From Trichoplax adhaerens (Eukaryota > Animalia > Placozoa): a stretch of 64,000 bases of DNA. Location: NCBI RefSeq assembly GCF_000150275.1, contig NW_002060952.1, forward strand, positions 1,802,606-1,866,605, written 5' to 3'. Both the position numbers and the translations under genes were made by a program. Under the pieces are notes generated by a model. The model searched no databases. It was not told the origin of the DNA and saw only the letters and a list, made by a program, of their open reading frames with translations. Numbering within the stretch: the stretch's first letter is position 1; every line of letters starts with the position of its first letter. Positions 1 through 13,700 of the stretch are shown piece after piece.

Positions 1-120
1 AATGATGCCTGTCAAATGAAATCCTTTCAAAAGTGTACTCAGAATGAGAATATCATTAATTAAAAACTTAGAGCACAGAAATAGCGTAACTATTTTTTAC
101 TTCATATTATACTTTCAAAG

Positions 121-3100
121 GCTGATTCTTCACAATGTGATGCCAGTGAATTGATTATGATTGAGGTTAAAAAAATTCTGCTTGGCCACTCTACTATGAA
201 ATATTAAGCAATGAGCAGATTTCATAACAAATTTGTAGCTATTGGTTTCATCTCTGCAGTTAAGAATCTTAAATTGTATAGAAGAATGTAAAATTGATTT
301 ATTCAATGCAACCTTCTGGTACAGGTGATAAAATTTCTAGTTTATTTTTTGTGTTAAAAACTTGAACCAAGTATCAAGAAATAGAACAGAATTATAATAT
401 ATGAAAGATGCTGCGAATTCAATAGGAATAGTATTTACTTATTTATATTATCTGATAGCTTAAAATACTGCTATACTTTTCTATAAATTATTTATTGGTA
501 TGAAAATTTATCGAAAACGAAAATAGACATTTGAAGTTGACATTGACAACATTTATATATATTCAATTGCTCCATAAATTAAATACAATTAATTGCGTAG
601 TATTTCACAACGTATGGCTAGTTAAATTAAGAGTTGCCAGTAAATTTAATGAAGTTCTCTGTCTTCATTCCAATTTTAGTATACTATTTCGCCTTGTCTC
701 GGATGGCATGCCTTAACTAACCAACTCTACGATTGTTGGCCATTACAAAGTCCAAATGAGTATAATATGATTCCTTGTAATGGTTAGTTATTTTTAGATT
801 TTCAAGATGTTCCGTGTACAATAGAAATCGAAATCAATCTTGCATGTTTATTGCAATGAGCGATATTGAATCCCTCTTTAATGATGTTATTAGGCTTGAG
901 AATGAACTGGTTTGGTGCTCGTATTGACTCAGTTCGATCTGCAGAAGAATTTAATGTCTCTTTCAGAATTACGGCATCGGATGGATTTTATCAGTATATT
1001 GTAAATAGAGGATTTTACCCAGGGTAAGTATTGCAAAGCAACTACTGCAGCAAGCAAACTATTTATTATTTCGCTAGCGATGGATAAGTTAGGCGATGTT
1101 CATCTAGAAATTAAATCTCTGTCTTGAATATCATATAAATTTATAGACTATCAGTCTATTAATTCGATTTATTTTTACCTCATTATGTACCGAAATAAAC
1201 AGAAATTGGACCCAAGCCAAGAATTGGTGTGAAAGCGTTGAATGCCCTAGTGCAGAAGTTGCAACTGAAGATAATTGCTGTTTGCATCATGTCAATCTCC
1301 ATTCCTGTCCGAGAACTCAAGTAAGTAGAACATCGATACTGGATCCGATTAATCGCTTTTTCGGAGACCATATTTATTTTCTTGGCTTGGATTAAAAAAT
1401 TATGTAATCCTTAATGATGCTATTATGATTTATATGAAAATTTGTTGTGCTTCGATTGTGAATGGGTAAAATAATATTCATTTATTTTAATTCTGTTTTC
1501 CACCTTTCGTAGTTAAGCTCTCGAAATGCAACCATTTGTGGGCCCTGGATTGGCCCTCAGGGTAGTATATTTACTCATACACCATCAAAAGTCGATAACA
1601 TGAGCCATCAGAACTGGACTCTCCCTCTGACATTATTCACTGCCGGTCATACTTCATTAATTGCTCATATTCGAATATTCAAAGTGCAAATTGCACTTCA
1701 TACAACGTTAGAAGTTTTACCAAGCACTGGTAATTGCCTAATCTACTTTATAGTATTATGATAAAATAGTAGTTATAATAAGCATCTAAAGAAAATAGGA
1801 TTGCAACCTCTTTGACTTATTGTTTGTAAATGCGGTCTAAATTAAGCAAGTAAAGCCAAATATGAATATCTTTTAATTTCTTATATCTTAATTAATATTA
1901 AAGTTTGCGGTGATGGAGTCTGTAATGGAACAGAAACTTGTAAGTGACGTAGTATTGTATCAAATATTGTATCTAATGCTGAATATATGTAGACATAATG
2001 TTCGAGTTGATAAATCTGCTGGCTTATATAGTATTTTTATCGGTTTTAAAAACTATTTATTTCCAGGTGAAACATGCCGTAGTGATTGTGGACTATGTAT
2101 GAGTATAATTGCGGCTATAGTTGTTCCGTGTGCTCTCTTGATGGTCAGTGGCATAGCCGCAATATCGGTAAGTTTTTACTTTAATAATGCAAACTTTTTC
2201 GTAGTTACTTTGCATGATAATGGTTATCATCACTATTGGTATAATTATTCGATGTATTTGCAGTGGATATATTATCAGAAACGTAAATTGTTTTGGGATG
2301 AAAGTTGGATCATTAATCATGAAGAAATTCGACCGGGTAACGTAGTTGATAGTGTCTACGAACTCGATTATAATTTTACTAGTTCAGGCTGCCAAATATT
2401 TCTAAAGAAATAACTTGAAGGACCTCTCTCTGTCCTATTTCAAGATTTTACCCGACATTGCTTATGGGTTTCATATTTTTTCTAATCTTACCAATCAATA
2501 TTACTGTTTCATCACTTAGATACTGGTGTGCGCAATGCTTTAGGTAGTCTTGCTAGCATGGCTAATCCAGGCTCATTACAAGGTCAAAATGTGCAGGTTT
2601 TCACTGAAACAGGCATTTAGTAAGTACTTGATATGGTAATTACTAGCTTGATACACCAAGAATAATCCATTTTTAATTATTTAAATACTGCTCATAGTAG
2701 TAATTCTTTTAAGCTAATTGACTGTGCCACCTTGTGTAACGATCATTCGGTACTATCCATAAAATATAAATTATCGAAATTGCAAAATAGAATTACTAGT
2801 TCACATTTGTCTTTCTACTTGTGTTCTACTACAGTAAAAGTAAAGTAGTAGCTATCAAGAAAATTCTCAAGAATACCTTTGGTATTACTATGGATGTTAG
2901 AAGAGAGGTTCGGCAATTGAGGTAATTATAAATGATTTGTACCCTAATATAGCTGTTTATTATGCAATTTCATTGGAGAAATTTTAAATCAGTATTGACA
3001 ATAACAACTATACAACCTAATCGTATACTGTTCATGCACGTAAAATATTTCCATCATCACAAATTATACCTTCCATAATAATAATTTTCGTTAGTTTAAG

Positions 3101-6100
3101 CTGGTACATTGTTATTACATTGCCACCATTAATAATAATATTAGATTAGGATATAATTAAAAGGAATACGTAAAGTTATCTGATCGGTTCGCTTAATTAA
3201 TGATGTTATTGCCGAACTTAATTCTAGTCGAAAACGTGAAATAAATTGTTTTAGAGTTTCTCACTCAGTAAAAAGTGGAAATTGCGTATATAGTAATGAA
3301 GCCTAACCTAAATTATTTTTATTATCGTCATATAGGGAACTAGAACATAACAATCTTTGTAAATTTGTTGGTGCTTCTATCGATATTCCATACGTATACA
3401 TCCTTACAGAATACTGCCCTAAAGGCAGTTTATACGATGTATTGCAGAACGATGATGTCCCACTAAACTGGTCCTTCAGGATATCTTTTGCAGCTGATAT
3501 TGCACGTGGAATGGCCTACCTGCATTCTAGAAAGTTATTTCATGGTCGCTTAAAGTCATCAAATTGTTGCATTGACGACAGATGGACAATTAAAATAACA
3601 GGTGATTGTTTTAACGTGGTCAATTTTAAATCGTTATATGTGAAGTTAGGTAGATTACACTTTGTAGATTACTTTAAAACGCGAATATAATGACGATCGG
3701 TTGATGGTTTAGATAATTAGATGCTTAGGTATAACCATTTAACCGCAAAATAGCATAAACTAACCAGTATTCATATTTTATATCGCGTTATATAAGATTT
3801 TGGGGTACCAATATTACGAAAAGTGGATACGAAAATAAAAAATATCGAAATGAATGAATATGAAAACAGCGACTCCAAACGAAGATATGAGAGAGTTTAT
3901 TTACCTCCAGAATTGCTACACTATGACAAGCTTCCACCACCAGAGCCAACAACAGATATTTACAGGTATTTGAAATGACAATTTATTAGATTTTGATCAT
4001 TAATGCTAAGCTTTATCGCAAATTACGATTTCCTTGAGTTTCTATATTAATAAGTACCAATTCAATACTTTTCATTTGCTAGCTATGCAATTATATTAAT
4101 CGAAATTGCAACTAGACAAGATCCAACTGCGGAGGTTTGCATTGCTGAATTAGGCTAAGGCTACTTGATCAACGAGCTATAATCGTGATTGCTTTTCTTT
4201 ACAACTCCTTAACTCAAATAATTTTATTTGGTGGTATGGAAGACAAGTCTCATTCACTATAGTAACTTTATAAAACTTAAATTAGGACACTTCACAAGAT
4301 GATGGAACTTGGAGACCTCCCTTGCCAGAGCTTGATAGAGGAAGCGGCGAAACTTTCTGTCCTAATCCATCAAAATATCAGGAAGTCAGTTATTAGATAG
4401 TATTACGCTAATGAATTCAAAGTAGATCTTTTACAAATCGCTACAATACTACACCAACCTTAAAGCACGTTTTAGCAATAAGCTCTTCTTCATTTTTGAA
4501 AGAATAATTTTAATCACAGGATTAAATATGATAATATACTATTATTTACAGCTAATCAAGTATTGCTGGGATGAAGATATGGCATCTAGGCCTACTTTTG
4601 AAACTATCAAAAAAATACTGGTAGAAATCAATCCTTCGAAAATGAGCCCTGTAGACTCTATGATGAGCATGGTATTATGCAAAGAATTTAAGCTATTACT
4701 ATCATTTGATGAAGAACTTAGTAGAAATCGCTTATCCAAGTCTAGAAATCAAGAAAAATTAAAACGTGCATCTAGAAACTAATGATAGTATAATTACGTT
4801 TAATTTATATAGATGGAAAAATATTCTAAAGATTTAGAAATTTTAGTGGCCGAGCGTACTCAAGAATTAGAGTTAGAGAAGCAAAAAACAGATCGTCTTT
4901 TATATAGTAAGTTTAATTTACTTTCTGATTTTATTTGAGCACTACTAATTATTAGCAAATCGATACTTTTGAATTTGAGGCATGCTTCCTAAGCCTGTTG
5001 CTGATAAACTGAGGCAAGGAAAAGGAGTTGATGCTCAAGGATACGAATCATGCACCATTTTCTTTAGGTATTCAGCGAACAATTTCGTCTTGAAACTTGT
5101 CGCACTAATTGATTACTAAAGCGATTTAAATTAATTAATTATTGATTATACTAACAACTATTTTTAGCGATATTATTGGATTCACATCTATTGCAAGCCA
5201 AAGTACACCAATACAAGTGGTTGCATTGCTAAACAAACTTTATACTACATTTGACGATATCTTAGATAGACATGATGTCTATAAAGTAGAAACTATCGGA
5301 GATGCTTGTAAGCACTTATTGATATTTCTTATTTTTAGACATAGTAAAAACAATCATTTTTGATACGATATATCGCAGAAAGCTGAATCCATGTTTATAA
5401 CTTCTTTCTACAAAATTTTATAATAGATATGGTTGTATCTGGATTACCACAAAAGAATGCTAGGCATGCTTGTGAGATTGCTAACATGGCACTTGATTTA
5501 ATAGCCGTATGCGATCAATTTGTTATACCTCATATGCCACAATGGAAGTTCTGTATTCGAGCTGGAACACATTCTGGTAAATGATATACTATTTACAGTT
5601 TAATATTATACAAAATTAGAGCATAATAGAAACAAAACTGTAGCATCATATTGCTAAATATCATCAGACTTAAATAGAATGGATCTGTGATATCGTTTTA
5701 TAAAAACCTTTTAAAGTGTGTAGTATATTAGTGCTATAGTGCACATAAGCTAGAAAATCTCACTTAACTCTTACTTTACGGCAATTCGATAATTTCCTAT
5801 GACTTTATAACTAAAGGCTCCGTTGTAGCTGGAGTAGTGGGCCTCAAGATGCCGCGTTATTGCTTATTCGGTGATACTGTGAATACTGCATCGAGAATGG
5901 AATCTACTGGAGAAGGTATTTAACTTGTATCAATAGACTTGCCGTATTGATTTTAGACTGCCTTCTATTCCAAAATGTATGGCAAAAAAGTAGTAAAATA
6001 TGTCAAGGGTTAACACTCGAGCAGTTAGTGATTCATTTATAAGTCATCAAAATTTGATTGGAAACTTCAACTTTATTTTTAAAATGTCTCTATCTATAAT

Positions 6101-6758
6101 TAATATCATAATAAATGTTAAGTGATTTACCGTAGATCTAATATTTAAAAGCCAGAAATTTAGTTGTTCTAGCGCGAATTCATAACATAATCGAATCTGT
6201 TACCTAGCCTTGAAGATACAGATTAGCGGAGTTACTCGTCAAATTTTGGATTCATTTGGATGCTACATTATGGAATCTAGGGGCCAAATTAATGTCAAGG
6301 TAAAATCAATAATAGCATTAATAAATAGCAAACTAAATGCTAATTACCACTGAATACGTTTAATGATTAAAGTGCACGAGAATCATACTATTTTTAATCA
6401 TAATAAAAAGTGGTTTCGTTGGAATTGTTTTTGTGAATCCAATCGTATTTAAACGATATCAGCTAAATCGGCTAGTCAGATTTATTGTTAATAATGAAAT
6501 AATTAGGGCAAAGGCATGATGGAAACATGGTGGCTTAAAGGAAGGCGAAACATCGATGAAATCCTTAAAAGAGATTCTTTAGCTCAGGGAAATTCACTAC
6601 ATAAATCGATTCCTGATATTCAGTCTGATCCCTTAGAAGAAAAGAAACTTTCATCTCGTGAGACTCCGCCAACGCCAGTTAGCCAATCTCGTGTTTATGT
6701 TCACGATGGGAAAGAAAAAACGAATTCCTTTGCAAATCTAATTGATATAGACAATTAA
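121..6758 (+). CDS. Receptor (transmembrane) guanylyl cyclase, ~22 exons in window, 5' end probably upstream of window
   Basis: GT-AG exons read manually: 121-165, 680-782, 894-1023, ~1155-1320, 1513-1729, 1904-1939, 2067-2167, 2264-2336, 2520-2619, 2835-2921, 3336-3601, 3797-3965, 4083-4134, 4286-4384, 4552-4671, 4813-4906, 4980-5067, 5168-5307, 5427-5576, 5817-5915, 6208-6299, 6507-6758. The joined translation gives a TM helix ([29 protein letters not shown]), a kinase-homology domain ([17 protein letters not shown]), a coiled-coil hinge ([16 protein letters not shown]...LLYSMLP) and a cyclase domain with GTP-specifying motifs [18 protein letters not shown] and [25 protein letters not shown]. 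The first four exons are less certain. Confidence 0.93.
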
Positions 6759-7415
6759 TTTAATAGGAATTATACAGAATAGTAATCATTATAAAATACA
6801 ATATTACTAACCCAAATAAGTATTCGCCACTATTAATACATTGCTAAGGATTAAAACATTTAGATAAAGCTTATTATGGAGTACTTCACTCAAAGCTTAG
6901 ATTATAATTTAAATTAAATGTGTGATTATGTACCCTTATGCATGTATGCATATCTTTATTATTTATTTCCATATTTTCAAAATGCTATTTGCTATGGAAC
7001 CTACACTGTAATTATGTCTACTACTCTTCTATTAATTCGATATCGATGCTGTCAGACAGAAATTATTACAAACATGATTTCTTATTTTATTTCATAACAG
7101 ATAGTAAGGTACTATCATTTATTTGTGGATAGGATAAATGCACAATCAAGCATATAAATATATAATTTATCATAAAATAAGAATCTATCATGATGTTAGC
7201 TGCATTCATTACGAAAACAATGCAAAATTTTCATTTAGGCCATTAAAGTTTTTCATCTTCATATGAGGTTCTAATGACGCTTATAACAACTTCTTCCGCT
7301 CATTTTTTCAAATATTTACGCGTAATATATGTAAAAATTAGGATATCAACAGAAACTTTGTAGAAATGTGGATCGCATTGCTTAGTAGTGGCAGTATTTA
7401 TTTAATTTAATGAAT

Positions 7416-8487
7416 TTAGCTAATCATGAAGATTTTGATGTATCGTTGTAAGAAAATTTTTAACAGAATCATTGGTCGTAGATCTTAATATACAATTTGA
7501 AATTAAATGATTCGATGATTCCTCACTAGGAATAACATAAAAAAACTGGTAAAGATATTTAGAAAATAATCGAGTGCTGTATAATTTCAAACAAGAATAT
7601 TATCACTGGTGTCAATGTTCAATTGAATTCTTTAATAATATAACATTACCTATTCCATTGTTGTACTTATTAACTAGAAAAGATTATAAAAGCAGTCACC
7701 GTTTTCTTACTTATCACGGCAAATCATAATTTATTGGTGGCCTCAATTATTCACAAGCTAACAATTACATAGATAATAATTGCATTATCGACGATTAAGG
7801 TGGCAAATAAAGATGGATGCTAATTTTTTTGAATAATCAAATTTAACTGCTAAAGACAATAGATTATAAGTTAAATAAATTTGGATGCATTCGTTTTGAT
7901 CGTAATTTAAGCTATGTAAATAAAAAAAATTCCATCAATTAAATGATCAACACGTGCAAGAATTAAAACTGAGATCAGGATTATAACAAGGATAATTTAA
8001 TGACATTATTATCATATCATGGAACACCAAAGTAGTACATAAAAATAGTCAAATCTACTAGTAATTCTAACACACAGTGAAGATATGACTTACATGAAAC
8101 TATAAAACATAAACCCGCAACTATTTAGCTTGTCTTCCATATCAACATTATAACTATACAAAATGATATGGTTTACAACGTTTCCCAATTTTAGGCTACG
8201 TTCAATAACCGGTGTAGTAGGCCAGAGTATACCCCGCCAAAATATACCCTCGATTAAAGTAACCTAGTCTATTTTATAGCCCAAGCATATAATATTTTCT
8301 TTTAATCAAATTTTAAAAATTATCGCACTTGTCCGTGTTTGGCTCCAACTTTCATTAAATATAAGTTTTCTTATACAGTACACTAAGATCGAGTACAATT
8401 TGTTTGAAGTATAAAATTTCTAAAAATAAACTTTTCTTAATTTTCTTAATCGGATTTTGATTTCCAAGTCACAGATACCTCTATTAA
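7416..8487 (-). pseudogene. Diverged duplicate of the ALG6 3' end (last codons plus ~1 kb downstream); paralog of 9798-10816
   Basis: Colinear similarity from TTAGCTAATCATGAAGATTTTGATGTAT (7416) / TTAGCTATTCATGAAGATTTTGATGTAT (9798) to 8487/10816. The minus strand at ~8447-8487 reads LIEVSVTWKSKSD*, against the ALG6 C-terminus [13 protein letters not shown]. Confidence 0.85.
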
Positions 8488-8772
8488 CTATCTGACTATC
8501 CAATGAATGATAATTAATAGTTCAGATTTTAGTTCCATAAACAATCAGCTAATTGCATTGTATAGTACACTGTGTAGTATTACGTAGGATACAAACCTGA
8601 TTTAATCTACTCGACTAGCTTGCTGCTTACTATGAGTTCTTGCCATTATGTCAGTAAATATAGTTGTTGGTCATACAGCAGCTGAATAACTCAATCATTG
8701 ATATATGCAAGCCGATATTTGACACCTTTACTCTCGGATAAAATAGAGAAAACAAGAAATTGATGTAGTGCT
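8481..8772 (+). repeat. Diverged dispersed repeat, copy 1 (inverted homolog at 22306-22620)
   Basis: The blocks ATTAACTATCTGACTATCC, GTACACTGTGTAGTA, TCTACTCGACTAG, ATGAGTTCTTGC, ATAGTTGTTGG and GAAAACAAGAAATTG recur in the same order, some with a mismatch, in the reverse complement of 22306-22620. Confidence 0.7.
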
Positions 8773-10774
8773 GGGGTTTTACTAAAACCCCATAATTAGG
8801 TTCGCAATTGTCTAACTCAGAATCTGATTTCTTAAAATTGAGCAAATCTCTAACGTGGCACGAAATCATGTAAACGCCATGTTTAACCTCAAAAGTATCA
8901 TTTATTAATAGAACACCTGACATGAGAAGAATCCGCTTGTCTTCCCCCATAATAAAAGTCGAAAGTGGCTAAGGTAACCCGGATAATCGACTTGGTTTCC
9001 ACAATAACAATCCCATATTATCTAACAGTTATATAAAGACATTACACAAGAAACATCGCCTTACGTAGCTGTCTACTGCGGCCTTATCTACACTTGGTAC
9101 GAATAGTGTAGGTACATCGTTTCATCGTCAACAATCATGAAATTACCTTATAAGCATATTAGACTATTCTACTTCTTAATGCTACCGTACTTCAATTACT
9201 ACTGTAATTAGCTGAAACTACTGCAATATGCAATATTACACATACTGTACTACTGTATCTTGACGAGTCTCATTATGATCAATCATTATTTCAACGAGAC
9301 ATTCAGAGCTAATATAAATTGCATGAAATTGTGCCGGAATATTCCGACATAGCGTATGCTGTATACAGTGTACAGTAAGGGATAATGCTGGTGTAGGAGG
9401 TAACAGTGATTCCAGGCGTGAGCGAATCCCTATAATTACTACATGACCATATTGTGCTGTGTACAGTACTGTCTACTATATGCTGAACGCAGAAATGAAC
9501 AGGTTGCAGTTTGTACTTGTCAATTTGTCAACCGCAAGTACATGCACAGCACATAGTACATATATTTAGGAATCACGTAGTATCCGCATACGAATAATCT
9601 ACATAATACAAAATAAAATAATTCTGTCCGTTTTTTGTATGTTGCTGCGCTGTATGTTCAGCTTCAACCAATTAAAGCATCTGTATAGTGAGCAGCAATC
9701 TAATTTAAGGAAATCCAGTCGTAAATTTTACACTGTACAGGATAGGACGGGCCTTGAATTTGGATATACTTTATATGGCTATGGCTAGAGAATGGACTTA
9801 GCTATTCATGAAGATTTTGATGTATTGTTGCAAGAAAATTCTTGAACAGAACCTTTGATTGTAGATCTTAACATATAATTTGAAGTTAAATCATTTGACG
9901 ATGCCTTGTTAGGAATAGTATAAATGATTGGTAAATATACTTGGAAAATAGTCGAGTGTTACATAATTTCAAACAAGAATATTGTCACTGCCGTAAATGT
10001 TCGACTAAATTCTTAAATAATATAGCATTACCTACTTTATTCTTGCACTTATTCACTAGAAAAATTGGCAAAACCAGCTACCATTTTCTTACTTCTCACG
10101 GTAAATTATAGTTTATTGGTGGCCTCAATTATTCACAATCTAACAATTACATTGATAATTATATAATAATTGCATTATCGACGATTACCGTGGCAAATAA
10201 AGATGGATGATAATTTTTTGAATAATCAAATATAACTGCTAAAGACAGTAGATTATAAGTAAAATAAGTTTGAATGTATTAGTTCTGATCGTAATTTAAG
10301 CTACATAAATAAAAAGATTCCATCAATTAAATGGTCAATACATATGAGAGTTCAAGCAGAGGTCAGAATAATAATGATAATTTGATAGCATTATCATGCC
10401 ATGGAACACCAAAGTAGTACATATAAATATTCATATCTACTAGTAATTCTAACACAGTGAAGGTGTGACATACAATGAAATTATGAAAAATATAACCAGA
10501 ACTGTTTATCTTGTTTCTTATATCAACATTATTACAACACAAACTAATATAATTTATAGCGTTTTCTAATTCAAGATTACATTTAATAACCGAGAATGCA
10601 TTCAATTCTTGATAAATAAAAACATTAGTACGATAAAATCTGCTTATAATCAAATTTGAAAAATTTAGCGCACACGTAGATGTTTGGCTCCAAGTTTTAA
10701 CAAATATTGGTTTTCTGGTACAGTAAGATCGAGAACGTTTTGTCTGCAGTATAAAATTTCTAAACATTGACTTT

Positions 10775-13700
10775 TCAATCGGATTTCGATTTCGAAGTCA
10801 CCGATGCCTTTATTAAATCGTCACTAGCTGTAAATTGTAAATAATTACAGTACAAAAAGAATAACGTAAAAAAGCAACATGATATAGCAGAGATCAAGAC
10901 TGCAACCAGATCTGGATATCGTCTAGGGGGAATCGCTATAGCTGCGTAGCCATGCAGACAAGACATAACCATAATCGAGATTCCATACTATTAAGAAATC
11001 GACAATATCAACTTAGTTAAACATCCAAAGGCGATAACCGTTGTGAACTAATTAATAAATTTCTGTATTGGCTTTACCATGTACTTTTGAATAGTACCGA
11101 CTTGATAATAAGATCTGAATGTTATATACAATAAGTACAGATATAACATCATTATGGAAATATATGGTAACAGCAGCCCATCTTTTATTAACAATGGTAC
11201 CATACTGTAATTAAAAAACAATATGTAATCATTCACTATCGAAATATATCATCTCAATACACCGTAAACTATGGTTAAAAAAATTTAATACCTAAATGTT
11301 GCATAAAGGAGAAATAGTCCACTTTCAGCAGGATACCACGGCAGTAACAGGCTAGCCGGCCTTTCCGTAATGGTTCGATTACAATACAAAGCAGTCATGT
11401 AACGGATAGATTCTTAAACTTAATCATAAATTAGTACTGATTACATACATGCAGGCTAGCAGTACAGATTTCTCATGGACTTGGTAAGAGAAAAGAAAGA
11501 ACGCCAAAGATGAGTTGACCTAAATAAGTATTTAATTGCTTAATTGGACGATGCATTGTCATCATACCAAGTTATATTATCAATTATCAGCTGCGGCACA
11601 AATGTTATAAACTAATTCTACCGTACTAACCAAAGCGAGTATGAACCTGTGCCGAGAAGGATATATAATCAAATGGATTGAAGAGGGTAAGACAGCCGCA
11701 ACAGTTGCTAATAAGCTAATCAAGTCCATTTTCAATAGTTACGTAGTGAAAATAGGTTAATATTATTGTATACTATTATATCTCTTAGTTATCAATATTT
11801 CAGTACTTGTGTATCTTTGAAATAAATAAATACAACTTAACAATGTTAACCCGACGTACCTGAGGGCGACAAGAGTTTGCTGCGAGAAGATCTGGCGAAG
11901 TTTTATTAGAACATTTACGGTACACCAAACATTAGACACCTTATCCTATTGTGAGTATGTACCATAGCATATTTATTAAAAATTTTGGTTCTATCATATC
12001 GTGGTAAAGTTGTACCAGATTATTATTAACTCTTAGACAATTTTTCAAAGATAAAACTTACTTCATATAATCCTCTATTGAACGGAAATAATCTTTTAAC
12101 AAGCTGAGTGGCTTGATTTGTATCGAATAAAAATGGAAACCAGCAAACACCAAAGGTGATGATAACAGTTACTCCTAATGTAATAATTTTGAAAAACGGT
12201 TTCGACGAATGTAAACTTTTTCCCAGGAGATAACAAAAAAATGGAAGGGAATGATACAACTCCATTTGTTTGTAGTTTAATGCTAGTGAAAAGGCGCATG
12301 CACCAAATACGTCATGGCCTCTAAATATGAATAAAATTGCAATTAATGCCAAACCCAAGCTGCAGCAATTGTATCTGATAGACGGTTAAGGGCTACCTTA
12401 AGGTATTTACATATCGTAACGTAATAGTTTGTAATGTCCTATTAAGTACTCGATGAAATACCAGTATGTACAAAATTTAAATGAGGTATCTAGCAATAGA
12501 TTATCGAGCGTAAAAGGAGATTATATCGTCAGAAGGCAGCACTGTTCACCTCAGATCAATTATAATGTATATGAGTATAAGTATGTACTTGATGTTAGGA
12601 TACTGAAAGTGGCCGTGATCAATTAATAAGGAGGCTGGTTGTAATAACATTAACAAAGATAGAGAGAATCGCAGTATCCTTGATCGTTTGGCTAAGACCA
12701 TATTACAAAAGAGTAATACCGGTATGATATACAGGATTAAATCCACCATGACCACTATAATGATAATTATCAACAAAATAATTTCCAATTTGGTTTGATT
12801 CCAATTAGTGTAGCAATTGCAAGCAGAAAACAAATCATAGCCATTTATGTTATTGCTGTAAGATATACGAGTCAATGGTATCACCTGTGTAGCGCATAAA
12901 CAGCTGATGATTTGAGCTTTCATAACCATGAGATGTATTTAATTCTATCCATATAGGATTAATTCTTTTGGCGATTTGCCCGCAAATCCACATATGATAA
13001 GCTGTCAGTGGTGGATAATCGATACCCCAATAACTTAAGTTGTTATTCGGCGACTCAAAATACCTGCAATCATTGATGTACTCCATATTATTAATGTAGC
13101 ATTTAATATAAAGTAAGAAAATTCACCGTAGGCGAAACAGTAAGACCATACAGCTTTGAAGAATAAATCATCATCAAGGTGTGCTGTGTTTGCAATGAAC
13201 ACGGTTGGAAAGCTTGGATGGAGATTTATTGTGGCACTTTATGCTACAATCCAATTTAAGTGTACTCGTATACTAAGCATCATAAGTGAGCTTCTATGAC
13301 CTACTGATTTACTCCAGCTATTCTACTACAGATAGCACGAAAGCATATCACTGCAGTTATGTCAACTATTCAGCTATGTTATAGCATAAATATGATTGAT
13401 TGATTACCATTGCTTCACTGGCAAATTGGTCGTTAATTCCATCCAATGACGTTGAGCCTCATAGTCGCCATACATCGGTGGTTTACCTTTACCTATAGTT
13501 TATTCATGATAGATTGAATAACAAGCAAAAATTAGTGGGAGAGCATCCACTTCAATTCGTTATTCACGTACAAGTACATTGCAAAGAGTAGAATAATACA
13601 CAGTAGTATTGTGGTGCTGAATAAAATTGCCGGGATTCAATGGATCACTATCCTTTATTCATTCCAATGTACTATTCATTATCATGTTATCCACCTGCAC

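Noticed and set aside
1910-2413. 167-aa ORF as a standalone gene (likewise 3442-3690, 4528-4782, 5142-5363, 6516-6758)
   Set aside because: These are guanylyl cyclase exons extended into introns.
3336-4671. Active protein kinase
   Set aside because: HGRLKSSN lacks the catalytic HRD Asp; this is the usual kinase-homology domain of receptor GCs.
8651-8950. 99-aa minus-strand ORF whose MSGVLLINDTFEVK faintly resembles the RPB8 N-terminus
   Set aside because: The similarity does not continue, and the ORF overlaps a dispersed repeat whose other copy has many indels.
10363-10767. 134-aa minus-strand ORF right after the ALG6 stop
   Set aside because: It lies in the 3' flank, the paralogous copy at ~7970-8430 has frameshifts and stops, and it shows no recognisable domain.
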